From an uncultured virus (IMG/VR IMGVR_UViG_3300022555_000012) (taxonomy: Duplodnaviria; Heunggongvirae; Uroviricota; Caudoviricetes), in the IMG/VR virus record IMGVR_UViG_3300022555_000012: 64,000 bases of DNA; one strand, written 5' to 3'. The translations under genes were made by a program, and so were the position numbers. Shown here in pieces: positions 37,909-48,302 of the stretch. The stretch's first letter is position 1. Each line of letters starts with the position of its first letter. The notes below the pieces were generated by a model. The model saw only the letters and a list, made by a program, of their open reading frames with translations. It searched no databases and was not told the DNA's origin.

Positions 37909-38421
37909 TTATGCAGCTACTTGACCGTATTTTTCGTTCAAAATGACTTCAATCTCCCCGAACTTTATGAGCAAAAGGTCCTTAACCCGTTTACTGAAAA
38001 CCGCTGGGCAACGGCGATATTCACCTTTGGGATCGGTTTTGAGGCGAAACAGAGTCTCTTTTTTGCACATCCGTTTGAATCGGGCATCATTCTCGGCGTC
38101 TTGAACCAGACAGGCCAGATGATGATCCAGATCAATCTGACCCATGTCTTGACCTTCAAAGTCCCAGGTTTTTCCCCGAATGGAGTCCCGAATCAACTTT
38201 TCCTCGGGATGACACTTGAAAGTGACCGGCTTCCCATCACTGTTGATCCAGTCAACTGAGACATATTTGACGTCCCGGTCTGCCCACTGAACATCCAACA
38301 TCCCACCGTTACCACTATCAATAAGGAACGCAATCTTCTTGCCTTCCCGATACAACGTCGCATTGTATCCCGGACAATCTTCACCCATGAAACTCTTGAT
38401 ATTTTTGATTTCGTAATTCAT
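37909..38421 (-). CDS. Hypothetical phage protein
   Basis: AGGAG SD; GEDCPGYNATLY...DSGNGG. Confidence 0.65.
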   Translation of the reverse strand: MNYEIKNIKSFMGEDCPGYNATLYREGKKIAFLIDSGNGGMLDVQWADRDVKYVSVDWINSDGKPVTFKCHPEEKLIRDSIRGKTWDFEGQDMGQIDLDHHLACLVQDAENDARFKRMCKKETLFRLKTDPKGEYRRCPAVFSKRVKDLLLIKFGEIEVILNEKYGQVAA

Positions 38422-38446
38422 TTTAGTGTCTCCTTTGACACCTATA

Positions 38447-38476
38447 CATTGCCGAATCTTTCCCTAAATACGAAAG
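38447..38476 (-). promoter_or_regulatory. Class I promoter-like motif F
   Basis: CTTTCGTAT-N15-GCAATG followed by a short SD-containing leader. Confidence 0.7.
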
Positions 38477-38483
38477 AAAAAGA

Positions 38484-38849
38484 CTATTTTTTAAGACAAA
38501 GGAAGATGAACCAAGAAATGATCCCCAATTCGACCGGGGTGACAAACTTCCATTGGTTAATATGAATCCAGACCATAATCCTTAAAAACAGAGTTTCCCT
38601 GATCTTCCCATCCTCCTTCTTAGAATGATCCACATAATAGATGCATATTTTCACAAAATAATACTGAATCCACGAAAATCCCAGCAGGGACAAGACATAC
38701 CACATCCAGTAAATCGAACAACTTGGAGATGCCAATTTAATGCCGGCCACAATCGCTGATACCATCAAAAGAGAGTTATTAAAATCCTCGTGATTCCGGA
38801 CTCCCCGGTCTTCCAAATCCTCCATCACCTTTTCATAATCTATACTCAT
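38484..38849 (-). CDS. Membrane protein
   Basis: Three hydrophobic segments; start MSIDY. Confidence 0.55.
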   Translation of the reverse strand: MSIDYEKVMEDLEDRGVRNHEDFNNSLLMVSAIVAGIKLASPSCSIYWMWYVLSLLGFSWIQYYFVKICIYYVDHSKKEDGKIRETLFLRIMVWIHINQWKFVTPVELGIISWFIFLCLKK

Positions 38850-39144
38850 CCTGCCCTCCATACAAATTCGGCTTTGCCCCATCATTCACAATGGGAGCCT
38901 CACCTGATCTCCTCCAGATGAGTTTCTTCCCCATGGTAGTCTGTATCCAGCCCTCGATTATGACCCGACCCTCGTGAACGTCATCGTGACAGGAAGCACA
39001 GATATAACACCGATTCCACGCCTTATGACAATCAGGATGATCCCGACCATGAATGTGATGCTCTATCAACAACCTTTTGTTTTCACAGATTGGACAGTCC
39101 TGAGTCCCGGAACGTGCCGCCTTCCGCTTGTCCTTCAAACTCAT
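38833..39144 (-). CDS. Small HNH-like protein
   Basis: CPIC...EHHIHG...WNRCYICASCHDDVH. Confidence 0.7.
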   Translation of the reverse strand: MSLKDKRKAARSGTQDCPICENKRLLIEHHIHGRDHPDCHKAWNRCYICASCHDDVHEGRVIIEGWIQTTMGKKLIWRRSGEAPIVNDGAKPNLYGGQDEYRL

Positions 39145-40367
39145 GATTTCGGATTATATGTGATCGTGCAATGAGACTCAGTCTTAGGGTTAATGACCTT
39201 CAATAATCTGTAGAATGCCGGCATACTCTCTGGCTCCCACATGAAATCATCAACACCAAGTTCCAACAACCGAGCATGAATCTTCTCCTCATTGGCCATT
39301 GATATGTATCGAACCAAACGTTGAATGTCCTTATTCCGAGCCTGATGAGTATTCCCCGTCCCATCAATATTCCGATACTGAACATAACACATCTTCGGAA
39401 TCCTCACCATCCGTGTTGCCAGGAAAGTCCTTACAACCAATTCATAATCATCTGCCACATGCAGTAGATCCCGATGTCCACCGATCGCATCATAGACCGT
39501 CTTTCTCCAGGCCCGAATATGATTAGGAGCTGCGACGATATGTCGAATCGTTTTACAGTTAATGTTCGGAGAATTGGCAACCATATACTTGATTCCGCCG
39601 TGAATCTCCTCCCGGTAGCTTCCGTAACCCATTCCCCATCCCGGCTGATAATTCCAAGGTGCTCCATCCTCAAAGCACTCTGCGAAGTCCGTATAGACGA
39701 ACCCGGCCTCGGGATGAGATTGAAAGGCTTCCACAACCCATTGTAGGGCCTTCGGGGTTAATTCGTCATCATGATCCAGCTCCACAAGAAATTGCCCCCT
39801 GGAGATGCCACAGGCCGTTCTCTTGACATTCCCGATGACTCCTGAGTGCTTGTGCTCCTTGTAAACCCGGATACGGTTATCTTTGTCCGCCAATTCTGAC
39901 AACCGTTTGAAAGTTTCTCCGTCATCGTCCGAGTCGTCTACAATCACCCATTCCCATTCCTGATGAGTTTGAGAAAGAAGTGACCTATAAGGTTTCTCGA
40001 TCTTGTCTCCCGACCGAAATGCCGGGGTAAACACCGAAACCAGGGGCTGATCACACTTCTGAAACACCGTATTATAAAAGAAGCAATTGAACACCTGACT
40101 GCCCTTTTCTTCCAAGTCTCGGGTATTGTCGAAATGCAGCCACATCCTCCGAACCAATTCCGATGACCTGTTCAGATTCTTATAAGCATTCAGGTCCCCA
40201 AAGGATACGATCGCGACTGGTCTTTCCTTTGCCAGAATGACTCCCAGATCATCATCATTGGGATAAAAACGAAGATCCATCTCCCTTGCCTCGAAATCGG
40301 GGGCAGGAGGAGACAATAAGGAAATATCCTTTGCTCCAAAAACACACACTACCGGTAGGTTCGCCAT
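39141..40367 (-). CDS. GT2 glycosyltransferase
   Basis: VSVFTPAF, WVIVDDSDD, VELDHDDEL, ADDYEL. Confidence 0.9.
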   Translation of the reverse strand: MANLPVVCVFGAKDISLLSPPAPDFEAREMDLRFYPNDDDLGVILAKERPVAIVSFGDLNAYKNLNRSSELVRRMWLHFDNTRDLEEKGSQVFNCFFYNTVFQKCDQPLVSVFTPAFRSGDKIEKPYRSLLSQTHQEWEWVIVDDSDDDGETFKRLSELADKDNRIRVYKEHKHSGVIGNVKRTACGISRGQFLVELDHDDELTPKALQWVVEAFQSHPEAGFVYTDFAECFEDGAPWNYQPGWGMGYGSYREEIHGGIKYMVANSPNINCKTIRHIVAAPNHIRAWRKTVYDAIGGHRDLLHVADDYELVVRTFLATRMVRIPKMCYVQYRNIDGTGNTHQARNKDIQRLVRYISMANEEKIHARLLELGVDDFMWEPESMPAFYRLLKVINPKTESHCTITYNPKS

Positions 40368-40370
40368 AAT

Positions 40371-41063
40371 TTACCTCAACATCTCTCGAACATTTCTTTC
40401 AAATCTTCCCAGTTCCGGGGCAATACGAGCATCTTCTTTCCAATTGGGACCTATTGTCATTTCCATGAAACTGTCCATCTCCGCCCTGGCCTTATCCCTG
40501 GAATATCCACACCCTTCCGGATGAGACATTGAAACCGTGCCATCCAGGATGTTCCGTCTCATTGTGCTCCAACTGGCCCATGACATCCAAAGATCCACTC
40601 CCCATCCAAACACACTTCTTCCCGGAATGTCTCTCTCTATCTGTTCCATCATATCCCGGCTCATCGCCATTGCGATGCCTTCAAGGTGAAAAACATTCAA
40701 TATTCGCCCACACGCCTTCTTCTTTGACATTATTTCCCGGAAATAACCGGAGAAGGATGGACTCCAAAGTCCGAAAGGCATTGCTAATTCAATCGCCGCA
40801 CGATACTCCTCCGCAGTATTCTCTGCCGTCACATCCCCTCCAATGACCCACACAACGTCCGATTTTGTGAATCTGGTCATGACCTCTCTCCAACATCCCG
40901 TATAATAGAGGTTCGGATACCATTCTGCCGGGCAAGGCGGACTCATCCCCTCACTGGATGCCACATCCATCACCGTAACATCGAATGTCCCCTTTAACAA
41001 GTCATACAACGCCTTAGTCGTCTTAGGCGTGTCGTGACTCATAATGACGGCTTTAATGTTCAT
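40371..41063 (-). CDS. Divergent GT-A-like protein
   Basis: VMDVAS, WVIGGDV, GWGVDLW. Confidence 0.5.
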   Translation of the reverse strand: MNIKAVIMSHDTPKTTKALYDLLKGTFDVTVMDVASSEGMSPPCPAEWYPNLYYTGCWREVMTRFTKSDVVWVIGGDVTAENTAEEYRAAIELAMPFGLWSPSFSGYFREIMSKKKACGRILNVFHLEGIAMAMSRDMMEQIERDIPGRSVFGWGVDLWMSWASWSTMRRNILDGTVSMSHPEGCGYSRDKARAEMDSFMEMTIGPNWKEDARIAPELGRFERNVREMLR

Positions 41064-41872
41064 GCCTTGTCAGCAATTCTTCCAATGGCTGATACCACTT
41101 CTTTCCTGAGATCCCTGTCCCGGCAACAAAATTTGTCATTGGAGACACAGTCCTGTGAATAGAACTTTGAAAACTCCACTCGTGAATGTCGGCTGTGACA
41201 AACCGGTCCGTGTTCACACAATTTTCTGCTGGGAACTAAAGCAAAGAATGGCACATTACCACGAAAAGGTGGAAAACATGATGGGGCACGATATGAATAG
41301 CACACAACAGCCGGCGTTTTGGTTGTCATCGCCACTGCCGCTGTGTCTCCATCCGAACCCACGAACAAATCTGCCATGCCTATCACCGCGTGAATAGATC
41401 CCCAGGTCTGAAGACTACTATGGTCCACCGTCACAACCTCATACCCAAGACTTTTCAGAACCCTGAAAACACCCTCAGATGCTTCGTCACTAATCACGGA
41501 TGAAGAGAATGAGTAAACCGCTATTGGCTTATCAGTCTTTGGCACCATTAAATTTGCAACTTCTTCATCGGCTTCGGTATGAAACATTTCCATCTTCCAG
41601 GTTGCCAGGTTTTTATCTCCGAAAATTGCCTTGGCATACACCTCGACGACCGGGATACCAAGTTCATGCCACCTCACAAGGTTCATATCAAAATACTCAC
41701 CAACAACAGGGATTGAAATCGCAGCCATCTCGATTTCCGGATTCCCAGTGAAAATCTCCGGGTTGTTTGTCTCGACAAAAACCTTCTGATTGTCATTACG
41801 CCGTCTCCATTCCCGGATAATAGCCGAAAGTGCCAGCAACTCTCCCACTTCCCCATCTAACCTGAATATCAT
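41060..41872 (-). CDS. GT9-like glycosyltransferase
   Basis: GEVGELLAL, IFTGNPEI, ADLFVGSDGD.AAVA. Confidence 0.65.
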   Translation of the reverse strand: MIFRLDGEVGELLALSAIIREWRRRNDNQKVFVETNNPEIFTGNPEIEMAAISIPVVGEYFDMNLVRWHELGIPVVEVYAKAIFGDKNLATWKMEMFHTEADEEVANLMVPKTDKPIAVYSFSSSVISDEASEGVFRVLKSLGYEVVTVDHSSLQTWGSIHAVIGMADLFVGSDGDTAAVAMTTKTPAVVCYSYRAPSCFPPFRGNVPFFALVPSRKLCEHGPVCHSRHSRVEFSKFYSQDCVSNDKFCCRDRDLRKEVVSAIGRIADKA

Positions 41873-43749
41873 AATTCCACCCCAAAATTCCGAAATAGAT
41901 ACGCTCGATTCCTATTGTCATCCTCCGGCGTTGAAGACCGACCAGTCCATCCTGGAATGCTAAGACTCCGGGAAACAACCCCAACACTTTCATATCTCAA
42001 TGACATCTCTATCATTCCGGCTTCTCCCGTCCTCAAGGCCAGGTTAAACAATCCGGCTTTCTCATAAGTGTCTCGACTTATGGCAAAACACGCCCCTGTG
42101 ATATGAGGAATTCCTACCATAGAGGTACTCACCCCAATCATTCCTGCTTTTGTTGAAATCATTGACTCTATTACTGCGACCACCGAAGCGTCATCTAAAC
42201 TCAAGTCACAGTCTATTATACAAATAATTCTCCTGGTGGTTTCCAAGACTCCAAGATTGGCAGACTCCTCAAACGTTTCCCAATTAGAGATGATCGTCTC
42301 AATACCCTCTTTTTTCAACATTTCATCATAATGTTTCGCCCGGTCATCATTCCCTATAAGCACACACGAGACATTCTTATAATCTTCCTTCTTCGGCTTC
42401 CAGGAGTTAAACGAAAGCTGTAAATTGGGAATTCTCGACTTCCGGACCTCATCTTCAAAGTCTTCTTCCAATAAATACTTGCGTATGACTCCCTGACTCA
42501 AACGAACATGCCCATTCTGACTCTGAGGATCACAGTTCGGACACCTTGAACACACTTCCAGCACCCTGGGATGTTTCACTGCTTCTGCCAAAGCATATGG
42601 CAATGATTGATTACCGATGAACAACTTGCTTCCCAGGATAAGTCCCGCCATCTCCACCCAAGTCTCTGTAACTTCGTGCCTGATGTTTAAACCTGTCTTC
42701 CTTACAAACTCCTCATGTTCTGACTTTAGTCCTACGAATATTGCCCTGTCCACCCATGGAAACAACTCCTTCCAATCAAAAGGAGAATGATATCGGTCAC
42801 TTCGAGATACCACGATTTCCGCCTTCGATATTACCGGAATCTTGCTCGTCTCAATCCAAGACTTCTCCAGATCGTAGTTGACTCCAAATTTCATAAGATA
42901 TGCCGAAGACAATGGGATAAACATTGGGTCTAAAGCTCTGAAAAGATCCAAGTCGTAATCAACCTGCTGTCCATCCCATTCCAAAACCTCGTCAATATAC
43001 GACTGTGTTTTAAAAAAAGCGGTAATGCTCTGGAATTCATCATCCGTCATCTCAATCCCAAAGAAGTGATCTTCCTTCCTGTTTATATATAGTTTTCCTC
43101 CTCCAAGTTTTTGAATAGTTGGCAAAGAATAAATCAAATCACCTCTTGCCCCTGAATGCTTAAAGGTTCTCTTTCGGCCATCTGATATTGGCAATTTCCT
43201 GATTACCACTTCAATGTCTGCTTCAGCATCTTCCCTGGTCTGATCTATCGCAAACCTGGAGTAATCATAATTGGAGTCCGCCAAATGAATCCGACGAATC
43301 TGGACTCCAGGAATACTGGATAGAAAATCCACAATATTGAGGTGATGACTGTGAAGGTCTTTCGATGCCGTTATCGAAAATGACCACTTATGATCCGTGT
43401 TGAAAATAGAAGGCCATTTACAAGCCTCGTAAAGTCTGTGATCCGGGACAGTTATAATCATATGCCCGCCCTCTTTAAGCAGATAATACCACCCAAGAAC
43501 AGCAGTCAATATGGATTTCTCGTGTTCCAGACATCCACAAACATTGATGAATTCGAAAGATCCTGACTTGAACTTCCTTAAGTCATGCCGGTAATCCCCG
43601 GTCCCTCGTCGAAGTTCGGAAATTTGATGATACATCTCTGTCGATATCTGATTATCCCCATTACTGACATCCAGACCCTGACCTTTTAAAATTTCTTCCC
43701 AGAAATTGTCACCTTTCCTTCTTCGGCTGGCTTTAAATGCTTCTCTCAT
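41869..43749 (-). CDS. Fusion: SAM methyltransferase + GT9-like + degenerate GT2-like domains
   Basis: GLDVSNG, CLEH, LKEGGHMIITVPD; HSGARGDLIYSLP, LFIGNQS; ICIIDCD, GACFAI. Confidence 0.7.
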   Translation of the reverse strand: MREAFKASRRRKGDNFWEEILKGQGLDVSNGDNQISTEMYHQISELRRGTGDYRHDLRKFKSGSFEFINVCGCLEHEKSILTAVLGWYYLLKEGGHMIITVPDHRLYEACKWPSIFNTDHKWSFSITASKDLHSHHLNIVDFLSSIPGVQIRRIHLADSNYDYSRFAIDQTREDAEADIEVVIRKLPISDGRKRTFKHSGARGDLIYSLPTIQKLGGGKLYINRKEDHFFGIEMTDDEFQSITAFFKTQSYIDEVLEWDGQQVDYDLDLFRALDPMFIPLSSAYLMKFGVNYDLEKSWIETSKIPVISKAEIVVSRSDRYHSPFDWKELFPWVDRAIFVGLKSEHEEFVRKTGLNIRHEVTETWVEMAGLILGSKLFIGNQSLPYALAEAVKHPRVLEVCSRCPNCDPQSQNGHVRLSQGVIRKYLLEEDFEDEVRKSRIPNLQLSFNSWKPKKEDYKNVSCVLIGNDDRAKHYDEMLKKEGIETIISNWETFEESANLGVLETTRRIICIIDCDLSLDDASVVAVIESMISTKAGMIGVSTSMVGIPHITGACFAISRDTYEKAGLFNLALRTGEAGMIEMSLRYESVGVVSRSLSIPGWTGRSSTPEDDNRNRAYLFRNFGVEL

Positions 43750-44162
43750 TTTTCTCCCCGTATTTCCGTCGAAGACCACTTCCCGATCCTTGGCACATAA
43801 ACAACTTTAATACCAAGTCTCTTACAAACCAGCAACTCAACCGCCACACCCTTATATTCTTCCCCGATACAATGAATTAACGGCCGGCGACGAACCAGAA
43901 ACTCGATAGGGTTTTCTTCTGGAAAGATTTCAACTTCCTCGATGAGTCCCAGAGACATTAGATCTGACCGTCTCTGATCTTGTGGTATCGGCACGGGTCT
44001 CTTGTGTCTGACAATATAGTCATCAGTGTTGATTCCGACAACCAACCTCTTTCCTTGTGCTCGACAGAATCCTAGGTAAAAGAGATGACCGGGATGTAAC
44101 CCGTCAAAACATCCGTTACAAGTAACAATCCCTTCGTCACCCAACGGCAAGAAAAGCGTCAT
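43746..44162 (-). CDS. Cytidylyl/adenylyltransferase (TagD/HldE domain II-like)
   Basis: NGCFDGLHPGH, LVVGINTD, SSTEI. Confidence 0.9.
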   Translation of the reverse strand: MTLFLPLGDEGIVTCNGCFDGLHPGHLFYLGFCRAQGKRLVVGINTDDYIVRHKRPVPIPQDQRRSDLMSLGLIEEVEIFPEENPIEFLVRRRPLIHCIGEEYKGVAVELLVCKRLGIKVVYVPRIGKWSSTEIRGEK

Positions 44163-45064
44163 GGAGTCCTTCTTCCCGAAACAGATCTGTATTTCCTGAG
44201 TCCAATCGGCGATTTTTCAATTCTGCGAATGTTTCCCTTACCGTAAACATCCTTCTCCCCTGCCTCAACTGTTTTTCCCGGAACAGTCGTCACAATCTTG
44301 GCCCATTGTCGTATCAGGTCATTCGCCTTATTAGGATTAATCGTGATTTCAGAACGAATCCTGTTAATGAATTCCGTCTTGTAAAAACCGACAAAGTCTT
44401 CAGGATTCGGACTCAAACGAATTAGATCTGGAGACAATCCTAAGTCAATACTGTCAACCGCCGCCAAAAAATTCCGATCCGCCTCACTCGTGTCGTGAAT
44501 CATCAGCCAGTATGGAGCAACATCAGATGTCCCGACTAATCCTCCCAAACTATAACCCTCTTTCTGCTGATAGATGACCTTGGCCCCTTCAACAGTCTCT
44601 TCCTTCTCTCCGGCATAACCCCCAACAACCACGACCACCTTCGACATATCGAACCCCGTCTTGCGTATTGATTCCAGCAGAAGAGGCAGAGTCACTTTGG
44701 AATACATAATATGACTTGAAATACAGACTCCCAGGTCTGCCTTAACCATAGGGACCATTTCATGCATTATAATTCGATGATGGCCATCTCTCGATATGGT
44801 ATGAGCCGAGGCTCCTACTGCAAAGACAGATCCGTTCCTCGTTTCAATCCCTGAGAATTCACAGAATAAGCCTTGCTTCTCCATAATCCTGAGAACCCCG
44901 TTCTGAACCTCTAAATTACCACCGATGAAATCTCCTCCCCCTTTCACCTGAATCACTTTAAAAGGCTTGAACATGGCCTCATTCCGATGATTGTCCGACA
45001 ATACAACTGTCTTTCCGACAAGGCTGGTTATTGTGGCATCACTAAATGGTAAATCAAATTTCAT
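44159..45064 (-). CDS. Putative GT-A-like protein
   Basis: LPLLLESI, VVVVGG, WLMIHDT. Confidence 0.45.
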   Translation of the reverse strand: MKFDLPFSDATITSLVGKTVVLSDNHRNEAMFKPFKVIQVKGGGDFIGGNLEVQNGVLRIMEKQGLFCEFSGIETRNGSVFAVGASAHTISRDGHHRIIMHEMVPMVKADLGVCISSHIMYSKVTLPLLLESIRKTGFDMSKVVVVVGGYAGEKEETVEGAKVIYQQKEGYSLGGLVGTSDVAPYWLMIHDTSEADRNFLAAVDSIDLGLSPDLIRLSPNPEDFVGFYKTEFINRIRSEITINPNKANDLIRQWAKIVTTVPGKTVEAGEKDVYGKGNIRRIEKSPIGLRKYRSVSGRRTP

Positions 45065-45103
45065 CTCAATCTCCTTTTCACGAATCCGTCTATAATACCA
45101 AAA

Positions 45104-46003
45104 TTACGCCCATCCCCTATCAAATAACGAATCGCGAGTCTTTAGATACTCCTCCATCGCCTTATACATCATCCTCATTTTGAATTGTGCCACTTCTTCT
45201 TCCCGATCCATCTTATAACGATGAGACTGCCCAGGCTCAAGTAACCATTCTGCCCCTGACTCATTATATACCCGTTCCCTGGCCTTCGTGAAAACATGAA
45301 GACTCGAAACATCCTTATTCAATTCAGTCGTCGCTCCCACATGATGATAGACCTTGTCCCCGAATACCAGACACTCGTGCCTGTTGAATTCCGGGTCAAA
45401 TGGCTCATCAGGGAATGGACACCGAGTAGGCATCCACCCTTTTGTGACCATTCCGGCTTCTGCCGCCTTCTTCATAAAACCGTGATTCGTGTCGTCCCCA
45501 TCAGGATCTGCGAACTTCCACCCGTGTTCCTTAAACATCTGCGTCCGAATCAGTTGGCAAGCCGGATGAGTGTTCTTAGAACAATGATACCCTCGAATCC
45601 TTGCCTCCATAGTATTCAGTTGAACTGTTTCTGGTGCCGGGACCCATGGCCATAATATCCCTGATGCCGAAATATTCTCCCCTTGCATATCCACCAGATC
45701 CTTCAACCACCCGTCCGCCACCGGGAAACAGTCCGAATCTAAAGTCAGAAAGTATTCAGTGTCAACATGCTTTACCGCAGCATCCAGTAGCCGGCCGTGC
45801 TGACCACTACCAGATTTTGCCGGATTGATCTGAAAAGGTGTCCAATACCTCAATGGAACCTCTGCTTCTGCCCGTAGGTCTGAAACATCCGTGACAATCT
45901 TCAACTCGAAAGGATATCCAGATTTGTATCTCATCAAAGCACTTACCGCCACCTCAAGCATCCTTACCGGCCCGGACTTGTATGTCATCAATATCGTTAC
46001 CAT
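45104..46003 (-). CDS. GT2-like glycosyltransferase, paralog of 46158..47075
   Basis: Start reassigned to 46003 (AGGAG SD); QHGRLLD, FLTLDSDCFPVADGWL. Confidence 0.75.
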   Translation of the reverse strand: MVTILMTYKSGPVRMLEVAVSALMRYKSGYPFELKIVTDVSDLRAEAEVPLRYWTPFQINPAKSGSGQHGRLLDAAVKHVDTEYFLTLDSDCFPVADGWLKDLVDMQGENISASGILWPWVPAPETVQLNTMEARIRGYHCSKNTHPACQLIRTQMFKEHGWKFADPDGDDTNHGFMKKAAEAGMVTKGWMPTRCPFPDEPFDPEFNRHECLVFGDKVYHHVGATTELNKDVSSLHVFTKARERVYNESGAEWLLEPGQSHRYKMDREEEVAQFKMRMMYKAMEEYLKTRDSLFDRGWA

Positions 46004-46161
46004 GCTCGTTTCTCCTGATAAACCACAATGCATCCGTATGCTCGTCTGATTATCTCTGTATTTACTCTCAATAAAAGATACGGATTCCTCATCCTTTTCT
46101 CTCTTATGGCAAAGTAATAAGACATCAACATATCCATCGAAGCCGTCTTCAGTAAGATCAT
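45997..46161 (-). CDS. Possible 54-aa protein (not in ORF track)
   Basis: ATGA overlap; exactly fills the gap between the two GT paralogs. Confidence 0.35.
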   Translation of the reverse strand: MILLKTASMDMLMSYYFAIREKRMRNPYLLLRVNTEIIRRAYGCIVVYQEKRAW

Positions 46162-47075
46162 TTCTTTTCCATCGTCTTGGCCCCGAACAGTAATTCCATC
46201 TTCTCAGCCGCGACTTCCTCTTCCCGGTTGAATCGGAAACAATATGACTCATCTGAGTCCATCAGAAACTCCGCCCCACAAAGAGCCACAACTTCGGCTT
46301 TAACCCATCCATATGCCTCATCCAGAATCGGCTTTTCGCCGTTCGCCGCTATCCGGGTGAATCCTCCGTGATGATAAATCTTGTCCCCAAAAATCAGACA
46401 GACAAACCGATTAAGCTCGGGGTCTGTATCCACCCCATCTTGCGGCTTGGCACACCGAGATACCTTGTATCCATCAATCTTCCAACCTCTCTTCTTGGCT
46501 TCCAATGGAATAAGAAGACCAGTATCGTCTCCCCGAGTGTAATTGGCATTAAGATCCTGCATCAAATCCATCAAGTCAACCGTCCGAATCATCTGACAAG
46601 CAACGTGAGTTGTTTCCCAACAGTGTTGCGACCTGATTCTCCACTCAATCTTCTTGTGATCCATATCTGCCGGTGGCGGTGACCATGGATGAAGAATTCC
46701 CGCCAGTCTTGCTCCCTTGTCCATCATCTCCAATAACCCGTTCAACCAGTCATCTGCGACCGGAAAACAATCAGAGTCCATCGTCAAAAAGAACTCTTCC
46801 TTTACCTCGTGAGTTGCCAGATAGGCATCCAGCATTGATCCATGAATTCTTGAAGGAGGAACGACCTCCGGGGTTACTTGAACGATTTCGACCTCGGGAG
46901 ATGGTCCTTCTCCGTAAAATACCTCTGCCACCTCTGACTTCGCCTTATCACTGACAACAATTGCCGTGACTCTGATCGGTTCCAGGGTATGTGCAAGCAT
47001 CGATTCAAACCAGGCATTTAGAATGTCCTTGGTTCCCTCTTTATAACATACTGCGATACGAACTCTTTCACTCAT
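46158..47075 (-). CDS. GT2-like glycosyltransferase
   Basis: IHGSMLD, FLTMDSDCFPVADDWL, GDDTG. Confidence 0.75.
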   Translation of the reverse strand: MSERVRIAVCYKEGTKDILNAWFESMLAHTLEPIRVTAIVVSDKAKSEVAEVFYGEGPSPEVEIVQVTPEVVPPSRIHGSMLDAYLATHEVKEEFFLTMDSDCFPVADDWLNGLLEMMDKGARLAGILHPWSPPPADMDHKKIEWRIRSQHCWETTHVACQMIRTVDLMDLMQDLNANYTRGDDTGLLIPLEAKKRGWKIDGYKVSRCAKPQDGVDTDPELNRFVCLIFGDKIYHHGGFTRIAANGEKPILDEAYGWVKAEVVALCGAEFLMDSDESYCFRFNREEEVAAEKMELLFGAKTMEKK

Positions 47076-47764
47076 TTTCTACGCCTTTCCTTCCGAACCG
47101 AATGTTTGTCCAACCAATCCTTTTCCATTACTTCCTTCCATCTCCGATCAAGGATAGAAGTATCAAAACCTTTTGGGTCCAAACCGAGATACTTTCCAAG
47201 TCTAATGCTTAAAGCCTCGTCCAATTGATCCTGATGCACCCAGGTTGCCCCTGAAGCTAACATCCTTGGGAGCTGAAGTATATTCTCTGTATAGACCGTC
47301 TGAGGCTCCAGGATGCATCTGTATGGCACTCTGTCCCTAGTATTGTTCCATCCCCCAACTTGATTCCTCCTGTCTCTCAAACAAACGACTACCTTTGCCG
47401 GCCTGATCGCCCTTGAAAATGTCTCGGATGACATCATCCAGGGTTGTTTGATTAATACTCTATGAGGATAATTATCTCGAAGAAGTTCGTCTATGGATTC
47501 CCAATCTGGCTCACCCATCTCCGGTCGAATCAAATCAGTCTCTGCTACCGGCCAACATGCCCCACCAATGGCCAAACGAACATCAGGATGACTACCAATA
47601 AAGGCAGTCGTCACGGACGTTCCAGACCTTGCCATCCCGGTAACAACAATAAGACGACGATAAGGATTAAGATCCCCTCGAATCTCCCTCTTAAGATCCC
47701 GAGTCTCCCTTACTTTCCTTATCGCCGTCCTAAACGACACGAGTAATTTGTCACATCTCAACAA
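47072..47764 (-). CDS. Sulfotransferase-like protein
   Basis: VVTGMARSGTS PAPS-binding loop, HPDV, KQP, AKVVVCLRD. Confidence 0.7.
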   Translation of the reverse strand: MLRCDKLLVSFRTAIRKVRETRDLKREIRGDLNPYRRLIVVTGMARSGTSVTTAFIGSHPDVRLAIGGACWPVAETDLIRPEMGEPDWESIDELLRDNYPHRVLIKQPWMMSSETFSRAIRPAKVVVCLRDRRNQVGGWNNTRDRVPYRCILEPQTVYTENILQLPRMLASGATWVHQDQLDEALSIRLGKYLGLDPKGFDTSILDRRWKEVMEKDWLDKHSVRKERRRK

Positions 47765-48092
47765 CGCCTGTTCCTCCGTGTCTGGGAACTTCCTTTACAA
47801 CCTTTTTCTGACACTGCCCTAAAGCAGTTTCCTTCTGAGCCTGGGGAATGATCGTAGTGACCCCCGCTTTCATGTCTCGGAGAATGTGTTCTTCCGAATC
47901 AATCAGACTAAGCCCAGCCCGAGCCGCCGGTCCAGATCCGCTCAACATCACGACCTTAATCCCGTCCATCTGGGCTTCTCGGCCCTTCTCAGGTGCGGGA
48001 AGCCCCACCTCAATAACTTCCCACATTACAATTCCAAAGACATCATTGTTAGTCTTCGTCTTACACCGCAATAACATACCTTTTTCGATCAT
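47751..48092 (-). CDS. Hypothetical protein
   Basis: GGAGG SD. Confidence 0.55.
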   Translation of the reverse strand: MIEKGMLLRCKTKTNNDVFGIVMWEVIEVGLPAPEKGREAQMDGIKVVMLSGSGPAARAGLSLIDSEEHILRDMKAGVTTIIPQAQKETALGQCQKKVVKEVPRHGGTGVVEM

Positions 48093-48302
48093 ATCATCCT
48101 CCGTTATTTACCTTGCTTATCTTCCTTCAATCTTCCAAACAAAACCCCTTTGATCGTCCTATATTCGGCATCATCCTGATTCGGCCCAATACAAGCACAG
48201 TCACTATATGCAGTTGGTGTTTCAAACACCACTTATCCTCTCCACAAAATATACAGTCTTGGAGATCACCTGCGAAAACAACCTTTTGCCATCTTCTGCT
48301 TT

